A stretch of DNA of 64,000 nucleotides from Verrucomicrobiaceae bacterium (GTDB lineage Bacteria; Verrucomicrobiota; Verrucomicrobiia; Verrucomicrobiales; Akkermansiaceae), in the NCBI GenBank assembly GCA_051252135.1, contig JBPOGH010000001.1, positions 544,001 through 608,000 on the forward strand, given 5' to 3'. Below the pieces are notes generated by a model. It was not told the origin of the DNA, ran no database searches, and saw nothing but the letters and a program-made list of their open reading frames with translations. Made by a program: the position numbers and the translations under genes. Below are positions 56,344 to 64,000 of the stretch, one piece after another. The stretch's first letter is position 1, and every line of letters begins with the position of its first letter.

Positions 56344-58137
56344 CTACTCCCCCGCAACTACTTTCCTCAAAAGCAGAACCCAGTCTTCACCCTCACCTCC
56401 CGGAGGCTTCCCACAATTCAAAATCTCACCACCCATCACCTCGCGCGCCTGCCCCTCAAACCTCCCTCTCCGTGGATGAAACCAGCGAGCCCGAAACGCC
56501 CCCTTCGCCTCACTCAGATCAAGCGTCCCCGTCTTCGTTCCGAACGGAAAATAAACCGCATAAACCTCCCCTTTCTTTCGAAAAACCTGCGCCCCCAGCG
56601 CAAACGACTTCCCGCCCCCAAGCCCCACCTTCAGCATCGCCTCACCGGTCACCAGCCCATCCGCTGGCTCCATCTCCCAGAAAGGTAAGTTCGCCTCCAT
56701 AAACTCCCGTGCCACTCCCACATCTTTCCAAAGCGCCTTCAAACGAGGCTTCTTAAACGACTCCACCCAGAGCAAATCCTCCAAGATAAACTCGATCTGC
56801 CCGCCCGAAAAATAAGTCGGCCACAGCTTCTGCTTCCGGTGCATCTCGGCCCGATCAAAGGGCTTCCACGATTCCTTCTGCCCCACATCCAGCACGAACT
56901 CATCCATCGAAATCGGCAAAGGCCGGCCCGCCTCCTTCGTTGCCTTCCGAAACTCCTCCACCAACATATCAATCCGACGCTTGTTCAGCTGAATCGACGT
57001 CAAACTGAACCTCTCGTCCCCAAAGGTAAAAGCCAACTCCTTCATCGGATCATGCGCCGAATGCACCGTGATCGGATGATCATAAGGATCAACCGACTGC
57101 AAGTATCCCGCAAACTCCCGCACCCGCTCCGGACCAAAATCAAAGCCCACATTGTATTCCTCACACAGATTCCACGACAGCGCGAGATGATGCCCAAAGC
57201 GCGCCACCAACTCCCGATAATACAGCTTCCGCTCCACCCCCAACTCCCCCTCATCCAGCTCTTTCTTATTCGGCACCTCCGCCTCATTCAGGACAAAGTG
57301 CAGCGCCATCCCACGCCGCTGCGCATGCGCAAAAACCACCTCCCACTGCGCCAACTTACTCTGGTCAAAACTGACATTATTGTTCCCCGCATCCCCTTTC
57401 CCATTCGGAGTCCCCGCCCATGGCCAAACATCCTTGCCGTCCCCCCCCAGATTCATCGTCAGCATATAAATGCTATTCACCTTCTGCTCCGCCAAACTAT
57501 TGATCGCTCCGATAATCGCCTTCCCCTTCCCATCATTCCAATCCGGATCGCCCTCCCGCCAATCACTCACATGATCCACGTAGCGATGCTTCGGCGGCGT
57601 GTTGTCAAATCCCTCATAAGCCAAAAAATTCTCCGGACTATCCACCCCACCTCGAATCCAATACGGCCCATCTTTGAACTTCAAATAATGCCCGCCCACA
57701 TATTCCAACCGCCCCCATTTCAAATAACCCGGCGCATCCTCATTGCGCTCCTCCACCAGAAAACTCCCCTTCTTCCCATCAAAGCCAGTCGCCTCACCTG
57801 CTTCCGCTTCCAATGAAACCGCGACCTCTTCCCCTTTCCGAAAAGACGCCTCATAGCTCCACTCCCCCGCCACATCCGGAGTAAAATGAACCCGCCAAAC
57901 CTTCCCCGCATCTCCCCCATTCCCATCACCGGCAAAATACCCCGGCACCTCAAACCCCCTCTCACCCGGCCCCTCAAATCGAACCTGAAGCCGAAAGTCC
58001 AATGCCGGATTCCCACCTTCCTCACCCCCCTCCGCCTCAAAATCCAGCGTCACCGCATGCCAAACCGGAGAGGCCAACACCTGCCCGGACATCAAAACCA
58101 GAAACCAAAGGAAGCGGCAAAAAATCAAGCGAATCAT
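56344..58137 (-). CDS. Secreted DUF5060-domain protein with glycoside hydrolase-like barrel and C-terminal collagen-binding-like domain
   Basis: VPGYFAGDG, WRVHFTPD..GEWSY, GRLEYVG.HYLKF, WNLCEE, DPYDHPITVH, RWFHPRRG. Confidence 0.75.
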   Translation of the reverse strand: MIRLIFCRFLWFLVLMSGQVLASPVWHAVTLDFEAEGGEEGGNPALDFRLQVRFEGPGERGFEVPGYFAGDGNGGDAGKVWRVHFTPDVAGEWSYEASFRKGEEVAVSLEAEAGEATGFDGKKGSFLVEERNEDAPGYLKWGRLEYVGGHYLKFKDGPYWIRGGVDSPENFLAYEGFDNTPPKHRYVDHVSDWREGDPDWNDGKGKAIIGAINSLAEQKVNSIYMLTMNLGGDGKDVWPWAGTPNGKGDAGNNNVSFDQSKLAQWEVVFAHAQRRGMALHFVLNEAEVPNKKELDEGELGVERKLYYRELVARFGHHLALSWNLCEEYNVGFDFGPERVREFAGYLQSVDPYDHPITVHSAHDPMKELAFTFGDERFSLTSIQLNKRRIDMLVEEFRKATKEAGRPLPISMDEFVLDVGQKESWKPFDRAEMHRKQKLWPTYFSGGQIEFILEDLLWVESFKKPRLKALWKDVGVAREFMEANLPFWEMEPADGLVTGEAMLKVGLGGGKSFALGAQVFRKKGEVYAVYFPFGTKTGTLDLSEAKGAFRARWFHPRRGRFEGQAREVMGGEILNCGKPPGGEGEDWVLLLRKVVAGE

Positions 58138-58254
58138 AAAGTCGTTCAGGAATCGCATCTCAGTGAGTGCCCCTTAGCAGAGAACAACCGCAATTTGTCC
58201 GTTTTCATGCTAAGCTCATCATTCCCCTCAGCAATTTCCCTGCAGCGCATCTCC

Positions 58255-59742
58255 ATGAAAAACATCATCCTCGCCATCTTCCTCCTCTGCAGCCTCGCTT
58301 ACGCGGAATCAACCAGGCCCAACATCCTCTTCATCGCCGTCGATGATCTCAACGACTACATCTCCCCCCTCGACAACCACCCCGGCGTCAAAACCCCCAA
58401 CTTCGATCGCCTCGCCAAGCAATCCGTCACCTTCGCCAACGCCCACTGCGCCTCCCCCGTCTGCCACGCCTCCCGCGTCGCCGTCATGACCGGCGTCCAT
58501 CCCACAAAATCCGGTCTCTATAAAAACCTCTTCGGCGCACACGGCCCCCGCTGGCGTCACGAAGCCCCCGTCTTAAAAGACGCCGTCGTCCTCTCCCAAC
58601 ACTTCCGCGACCACGGCTACCACGCCGCCGGTGGCGGAAAAATCTTCCACGCCCTCCAGTGGACCAAAGGCGACTCCCAAAACGATCCCAGCGCCTGGGA
58701 CACCTACCGAGGCGATCCCCTCGATCCCATCTCCGCCGATTGGCCCCGCCCCCAACTCGTCCCCGATGCCAAACTCGGCATCGGTCCCGGCCGCCCCCTC
58801 GGACCGCGCAAAGTCTTCGGCGCCCAAGCCCTCCAAATCCCCGACGAACAAACCGGCGACCACATGGTCGTCACCTGGGCCACCAAACAACTCGCCGCCA
58901 CGCAGGAAAAACCCCTCTTCCTCGCCGTCGGCCTCTTCCGCCCCCACATCCCCTTCGAGGTCCCCCAGCGCTTCTTCGACATGCACCCGCTCGAAGACGT
59001 CCAACTCCCCGATTACCGCGCCGACGACCTCCTCGACTCCCGACCACCCACCCGCCAGCCCTGGCACAAATGGGTCGTCAAAAACAAACAGTGGAAAACC
59101 TTCATGCAAGGCTACCTCGCCAGCATCAGCTACACCGACTACGAACTCGGCCGCCTCCTCGATGCCCTCGACGCCTCCCCCAAAAAAGACAACACCATCG
59201 TCGTCCTCTGGAGCGACCACGGCTTTCACATCGGCGAAAAGGAGAACTGGGAAAAATTCCAACTCTGGGACCAAACTACCCGCGTCCCCCTCTTCATCCA
59301 CGCCCCCGGCCTCAGCCAGGACGGAGCAAAAACCCGCACCCCCGCCACCCTCACCGACCTCTACCCCACCCTCTGCGAACTTGCCGGTCTCCCCATCCCC
59401 GCCCAATGCACCGGCAGCAGCCTCGTCCCCGTCCTAAAATCCCCCACCGAAAAAACCACCCGCCTCTCCCTCACCTCCTACGACTTCCCCGAGCAAGGCC
59501 TCGCCCACGCCATCTCCGACCCCCGTTACCGCTACATCCGCCATCACGACGGCTTCCAAGAACTCTACGACCTCATCGAGGACCCCAACGAATTCACCAA
59601 CCTCGCCCCCAAACCCGAGTCCGCACCCATCATAACCAAGCTCGCCAAAGGCCTCCCCAAATCCCCCGCTGCCTCCCGTGGAGTTCCCCAAGATTCCATC
59701 TACAACGCAAAGAAAAAACCTGCTCGCAGGAAAGCAAAGTAA
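58255..59742 (+). CDS. Formylglycine-dependent sulfatase (S1), secreted
   Basis: Signal peptide; RPNILFIAVDDLND, TPNFDRLA, CHASR motif, GKIFH, FRPHIP, WSDHGFHIGEK, ELYDL..DPNE..NLA. Confidence 0.95.
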   Translation: MKNIILAIFLLCSLAYAESTRPNILFIAVDDLNDYISPLDNHPGVKTPNFDRLAKQSVTFANAHCASPVCHASRVAVMTGVHPTKSGLYKNLFGAHGPRWRHEAPVLKDAVVLSQHFRDHGYHAAGGGKIFHALQWTKGDSQNDPSAWDTYRGDPLDPISADWPRPQLVPDAKLGIGPGRPLGPRKVFGAQALQIPDEQTGDHMVVTWATKQLAATQEKPLFLAVGLFRPHIPFEVPQRFFDMHPLEDVQLPDYRADDLLDSRPPTRQPWHKWVVKNKQWKTFMQGYLASISYTDYELGRLLDALDASPKKDNTIVVLWSDHGFHIGEKENWEKFQLWDQTTRVPLFIHAPGLSQDGAKTRTPATLTDLYPTLCELAGLPIPAQCTGSSLVPVLKSPTEKTTRLSLTSYDFPEQGLAHAISDPRYRYIRHHDGFQELYDLIEDPNEFTNLAPKPESAPIITKLAKGLPKSPAASRGVPQDSIYNAKKKPARRKAK

Positions 59743-59804
59743 TCCACCTCACCGCTCATCTCAACAACGCGGCCCCGTCCTCACCGATTTCAGCGTGAAA
59801 TCAG

Positions 59805-59879
59805 TGGAGCCGCTGGTCGGAATTGAACCGACGACCTATTCATTACGAGTGAATTGCTCTACCCCTGAGCTACAGCGGC
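59805..59879 (-). tRNA. tRNA-Thr (anticodon CGT)
   Basis: GCCGCTGTAGCTCAGGGGTAGAGCAATTCACTCGTAATGAATAGGTCGTCGGTTCAATTCCGACCAGCGGCTCCA; cloverleaf with encoded CCA. Confidence 0.97.
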
Positions 59880-60212
59880 CTTTACACCGTAAAAGCGGGT
59901 GGAATGTCGCGAGAACCATTGATGAACCAATGAATTCCTGCAACGCCGCTTTCTTAGCAGACCCGCTCCATGACGCAATCGCGATTTCATGGCAATCCTT
60001 CATTTTTCTCCGAACCACCGGAAAACCTCACTTCGGCACCCCCAAGCAAGTGCTCGCTTGAAATGAAGCTCAATAATCCACTTCTCTGATCACTGCTAAT
60101 CTCGACCTTTTCGCCAACTTCCAAAGCAATTCGTCTTTCAGCGTAAGAAAATTACTTTTCATGGTGAGATACGTCCTCCTATTGGTAATACTAGTAGACA
60201 TTTAGATTTAAT

Positions 60213-60746
60213 TTGGATTCGGATGACCAAAACTCACTCAAGCGCGAACGATTCGTCGCTGAGCTCAGTGCGTCCCAAAGCCTTCTTTATCGCTACATTT
60301 TTTCGCTGCACCCAAACTCCAATATGGTCGATGACGTTCTCCAGGAGACCAATATCGTGCTCTGGAGAAAAGTGGATGAATTCGATGAATCCCAGAGTTT
60401 TTTACCTTGGGCGAGAGCGATTGCCCGCTACCAGGTGCTCGCATCCTGCCGCGATCTATCGCGCGATCGCATTGTTCTCGATGAAAATCTCGTCAATCTC
60501 ATCGCCGACGAGATCGAATCGGATCACCCCCCCACTCATCCGCAAATGCATGCGCTTGAGCACTGCCTTTCCCAACTGAGTTCGAAAAACCGCGAGCTCA
60601 TTCTCCGCCGCTACAGCCGGGGCACGTCCGTCGACAGCATCGCAAAATCTCTTCACCGCCCCGCAGCCTCCATCTCTCAATCGCTCTACCGTATTCGACA
60701 GGCTCTCATGAAGTGTGTCGACAGACAATCCTTCGGACAATCATGA
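60213..60746 (+). CDS. ECF sigma-70 factor
   Basis: TTG start; DDVLQETNIVLWRK..EFD...FLPWARAIARYQV, CLSQL...RELI..RY, LYRIRQALMKCV. Confidence 0.92.
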   Translation: MDSDDQNSLKRERFVAELSASQSLLYRYIFSLHPNSNMVDDVLQETNIVLWRKVDEFDESQSFLPWARAIARYQVLASCRDLSRDRIVLDENLVNLIADEIESDHPPTHPQMHALEHCLSQLSSKNRELILRRYSRGTSVDSIAKSLHRPAASISQSLYRIRQALMKCVDRQSFGQS

Positions 60747-62680
60747 GCACCGACAATTCGTCAGAGAAAGTGCAACGGCTCGTCACCGCGCTGATTGATG
60801 ATCGTTTGGATGAAGCCGGCGCCGGGGAACTGAACCGGCTCCTGTCCTCGTCCGCCGAACACCGCGCCTACTACCGCAAGCAAATCGATTTTGAATCGAG
60901 AATGAGATGGCTGCTTGCGAACTCTGAGACAGATGAATCCCAGAATGAGCCGCTCATTGGTGAAACTGTCATTTCGCCCCATCCAAGAAGCCGCAGAGGC
61001 CCCATCATCGCCCTCATCGGGAGCATCGCTGCCTGCATCGTCGGATACCTTTCCCTCACCAAACAATCCTCTTTTCTCCCGGAAGTGGCGGATTCGGTCA
61101 ACATCAGAACAAAGGCCTTCGTCTTCAGTTCCTCAAGTGCACGCTGGGACGAAAATTCACGACAAGCGGCAGAGGGAATCGAATTGGAAAACAGAGTCTA
61201 CAAACTCCTTGAAGGATTCGTCTCTCTTCAGATTGGCAAGGGTGTTCAGGTCTTCATTGAGGCCCCCTGTGAATTTGAACCGGAGCACGACATGCTCTTC
61301 CACCTCCACAAAGGACGGGCCAACATCGAAGTTACCGAAGATGGCCATGGATTTATCATGCGCACTCCGGCGGGTGACTTCATCGATTTCGGGACGCGTT
61401 TCGGGGTTGCCGTCGGAAATGATGAATCTGGCAATGATGTCGTCATGTCCGAAGTCTTTACAGGGGAAGTCAGGATGGAGCCGCGTGACCGGGACGCATC
61501 AGTTTCCGAAATGCTGGTGGAGGGAGACGCCCGTGGCCTTCTTGGAAGGAAGAGCTACGTGGAAATTTCCCACACCATCGATCAACGCCCCTTCAAATTG
61601 AACTTTAGCCGTTACACCGGGACCCAAGCCTTTAGTCGCTACAAACTCCTCGAAGACTACAACCTGGCTCTGGGAAAAGAGGTGCTGGGGAATCATTTCT
61701 ATCATAGCGCTGAGGGCGAAACATTCCCCTGCTCAAACATCACCGATGGACGGGTGAACGATAGCGGATTCCCGGGAGATTGGTCCTTCTGGCTCGCCCC
61801 TAATCATCATCCCACCTCGGAACTCACCATCGACCTCGGAGAAGAATTCTCAATCGATTGCATTCAGGTCTTCAACACCCGTAACAGGCACCACGGAGAT
61901 CGAGGCACCAACCTCTTTGAAATCTACAGCGGGACCGACCCAAGCACCCTGAAAAAAATAGGAGCCGGCCGGCTCGCCAAAATTGAAAGCACTCTTTCCG
62001 CCGGAGACGCCCCTGTGGGTGAAACTTACACCTTCTCCCCTCGAAAAGCCCGCTACGTAAAACTCGTGTTGCGGAGCTTCTATGCCAGTGCGCCCAAATC
62101 GTCCTCTGCCGGTCTCAATGAAGTCCGTGTTTTCGGAGAAGATCTCCCGGCGGATCTTCGAAACGAAATCACCAAAGGTGCCCGTCGCCTCCCTGAAGAC
62201 TCCCTCCCTACCCGGAACCTTGCCCTTGGCCGCTTCATCCGGAGCAGAGATCAGCACGATGGTTCCAGCATGGCCTACCGTGCTATTGACGGTCTCATTG
62301 ATGACGCCGCCATCACCGAAGACACCCTTTCCCGCTGGCTCGCCCCCGACAACTCGGGCGGAGAATTCACCATCGATCTCGGAACCGTTTACCAACTTGA
62401 TTCCCTGGAACTCCAAAATACCTCCAACGGAAAACATCTGGATCGAGGCACCAAGGATTTCCTCATTTTCCTCTCTCATGACGGGGAGCACTTCCACGAG
62501 CAAGCAAGAGGCATATTCCCCCCCTTAAATCATGCTTCCCCATTTGTCATCGTGCCCATGGAGAACGCGAAAGCACGCTACATCCGCTTTGTCGCCAAAT
62601 CTTTCTACGGAAAAGGCGCCGGACTCAGTGAACTAAAAGCATTCGAAACCACGAACCCCTCGGAAAATGGTTCAAAATAA
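60743..62680 (+). CDS. FecR-like anti-sigma factor with two F5/8 type C (discoidin/CBM32-like) domains
   Basis: ATGA overlap; TM; DFGTRFGV..VFTGEV; two repeats NLALG...DG...WLAP...TIDLG...NT...DRGT..F...ARY...GL.E. Confidence 0.85.
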   Translation: MSTDNSSEKVQRLVTALIDDRLDEAGAGELNRLLSSSAEHRAYYRKQIDFESRMRWLLANSETDESQNEPLIGETVISPHPRSRRGPIIALIGSIAACIVGYLSLTKQSSFLPEVADSVNIRTKAFVFSSSSARWDENSRQAAEGIELENRVYKLLEGFVSLQIGKGVQVFIEAPCEFEPEHDMLFHLHKGRANIEVTEDGHGFIMRTPAGDFIDFGTRFGVAVGNDESGNDVVMSEVFTGEVRMEPRDRDASVSEMLVEGDARGLLGRKSYVEISHTIDQRPFKLNFSRYTGTQAFSRYKLLEDYNLALGKEVLGNHFYHSAEGETFPCSNITDGRVNDSGFPGDWSFWLAPNHHPTSELTIDLGEEFSIDCIQVFNTRNRHHGDRGTNLFEIYSGTDPSTLKKIGAGRLAKIESTLSAGDAPVGETYTFSPRKARYVKLVLRSFYASAPKSSSAGLNEVRVFGEDLPADLRNEITKGARRLPEDSLPTRNLALGRFIRSRDQHDGSSMAYRAIDGLIDDAAITEDTLSRWLAPDNSGGEFTIDLGTVYQLDSLELQNTSNGKHLDRGTKDFLIFLSHDGEHFHEQARGIFPPLNHASPFVIVPMENAKARYIRFVAKSFYGKGAGLSELKAFETTNPSENGSK

Positions 62681-63782
62681 TCTCGACCCTGCCAACCGCC
62701 CTCCCAAGCCCAAGGTCGGAGTCATCATTGGCTCCGACAACCCCCATACCTTGGGATATCTGCAGGGCATTCGAGAATACTCCGAGGAACAGGGAGGCTG
62801 GAATCTCTACGGGCGGAATCTACCTTGTTGTCATGACATTTCAGACCTTACCTCGTGGAAAGGTGATGGATTCATCGTTGGAGATCACACTGCTGTTTTC
62901 AAGCCCTCCAGGCCTGCCCCGACCGTCGGATTGGGAATCCAGCTCCAGGGCCCTTCCGTGGTTCTCGAGCAGGACCTATGGCTCTCTGCTGCGTTGGAGC
63001 ATCTCATTGAACAAGGGTTGCGAACCTTTGCCTATTACTCGAACTCGACGACTCCGGATGAAACGTATCTATTCAGAATCGCCCACCGCTTGAACTACCC
63101 GTTCCAGAAGCTCTGCCGGAATACATTGGAGTCTTGCCTGGATTCCCACGACGAACCGGTCGGGATCATCACTCCTGACTGCACACACGCCGTAGAACTC
63201 TGCCATGTGGCTCAAAAAGTAGGAATCAGAATCCCAAATGACCTCTCGATCGTTTCTCTGAGAGATGATGCTCATTGCTCCGTTGCCTCTCCCAAAATAT
63301 CCTGTCTCTCCTACCCCTCACGGGAAATTGGCTATCAGGCAGCCCGCACTCTCCATCGTCAGCTGAAGAAGCTTCCCGTGGAATCCACCACTGCGGTGCG
63401 CTCGAACCGCATCAACGCGCGCCTTTCCAGCTCCACTCTCCAGTGCTCTGATCCCATTATTCAAGATGCCTTGCGCTTCATTCATAGAAACATTGACCAC
63501 TCCCCGGTCAAAGTCAGTGACTTGGCCAAAGCACTCGGAATTTCTCGCGCAAACCTCACCGAACGTTTTCAAAAAACATTGGGAAGCCCTCCTGCAGAGA
63601 TCATTCGTCACAAGCGCTTGGCTGCAGCAATGCAGCTCCTCGACCAACCGGGAGAAATGGTCAAAAGCATTGCCATTTCCATGGGATTCTCATCCAGCCA
63701 GGAATTTGCCCGCTTCTTCAAAAACACCGCCGGTGTCACTCCAACCCAATATGTTAAGTCCGACTCCGCGTGGACCAAATGA
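62667..63782 (+). CDS. XylR-type regulator (LacI-like + AraC HTH)
   Basis: LQGI..Y, WKGDG, HLIEQG.R.FAY, RIPNDLSIV, IGYQAA, DPII..ALRFI, GVTPTQY. Confidence 0.85.
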   Translation: MVQNNLDPANRPPKPKVGVIIGSDNPHTLGYLQGIREYSEEQGGWNLYGRNLPCCHDISDLTSWKGDGFIVGDHTAVFKPSRPAPTVGLGIQLQGPSVVLEQDLWLSAALEHLIEQGLRTFAYYSNSTTPDETYLFRIAHRLNYPFQKLCRNTLESCLDSHDEPVGIITPDCTHAVELCHVAQKVGIRIPNDLSIVSLRDDAHCSVASPKISCLSYPSREIGYQAARTLHRQLKKLPVESTTAVRSNRINARLSSSTLQCSDPIIQDALRFIHRNIDHSPVKVSDLAKALGISRANLTERFQKTLGSPPAEIIRHKRLAAAMQLLDQPGEMVKSIAISMGFSSSQEFARFFKNTAGVTPTQYVKSDSAWTK

Positions 63783-63894
63783 ACCATATTCAGACAAAAT
63801 CAGACACGTCTATGCTCTTTGAAACGCGATCTGTCAGACAGACTAGCCTGCGCTAGGTCCGTGTTGACCATGACATTCTCAAAACACAAAACAC

Positions 63895-64000
63895 ATGAAA
63901 CTAAAACCAGTCATCATTACTGCCACCCTCCTGGGATGCGCCACTTCAGTCCATGCCGCCCTCATCAACTACTCCCTGTCCAGTCAGACAGCCGTCCCGG
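63895..64000 (+). CDS. N-terminus of a secreted protein (truncated by window edge), possibly PEP-CTERM type
   Basis: Manual translation MKLKPVIITATLLGCATSVHA|ALINYSLSSQTAVP; Sec signal peptide, A-rich upstream region. Confidence 0.65.
   Translation, partial: MKLKPVIITATLLGCATSVHAALINYSLSSQTAVP

Noticed and set aside
57886..58254. Long N-terminal extensions given by the ORF track (sulfatase, also xylA, xylB, rex, floA, yraN)
   Set aside because: They overlap neighbours or promoters; downstream starts match family N-termini or signal peptides.
834..59798. Many long alternative-frame and antisense ORFs (e.g. 834-1823, 11088-12056, 15439-16599, 56839-57816, 58659-59798)
   Set aside because: They shadow well-supported genes, have low-complexity or motif-free translations, and are expected from the codon bias.
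48100..59879. Genomic island integrated at tRNA-Thr
   Set aside because: No integrase and no duplicated tRNA 3' end seen in the window.
59678..60061. ORFs 59678-60061 (+) and 59836-60018 (-)
   Set aside because: They overlap tRNA-Thr and have no protein features.
1..64000. CRISPR array, IS elements, prophage, rRNA
   Set aside because: No repeat-spacer array, transposase, phage gene or rRNA-like sequence was recognised.

Overview
Chromosomal window of a GC-rich bacterium, most likely Verrucomicrobiota (inferred from PEP-CTERM proteins, ECF sigma/FecR pairs, DUF5069, lamin-tail/CotH giants and a strong C-over-G skew on the + strand). In order: a xylose/sugar cluster (Gfo/Idh/MocA, TIM-barrel isomerase, eukaryote-like xylulokinase, xylA, PAS-AraC) interrupted by a vapBC module with a third gene; doxX; htpG; 2-oxoacid:ferredoxin oxidoreductase alpha/beta; ffh-khpA; two tandem ~1730-aa secreted lamin-tail/CotH/beta-helix paralogues; lpxI; a floA-yqfB-like-DUF58-Bat operon without MoxR; rex; acpH, DUF5069, NUDIX-like and TPR genes; a type II secretion cluster (G-H-I-J-K-L-M-C-like-D, no E/F/O); a degenerate agmatinase; yraN-rnhB; and an accessory glycan/surface region with two XylR-type + ECF sigma + FecR modules, PEP-CTERM, PATR, DUF5060 and sulfatase genes and tRNA-Thr(CGT). 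Best leads: (1) both CotH domains have Ser where the family's catalytic Asp is expected, while their beta-helix is strongly conserved; (2) a shared C-terminal 'S-x-x-L-x-x-W...F(Y/F)(R/Q)' module on different secreted proteins plus an orphan remnant, a candidate sorting signal; (3) flotillin genes in the MoxR position of a Bat operon that overlaps rex. All family calls are from motif recognition by eye; no searches were run.
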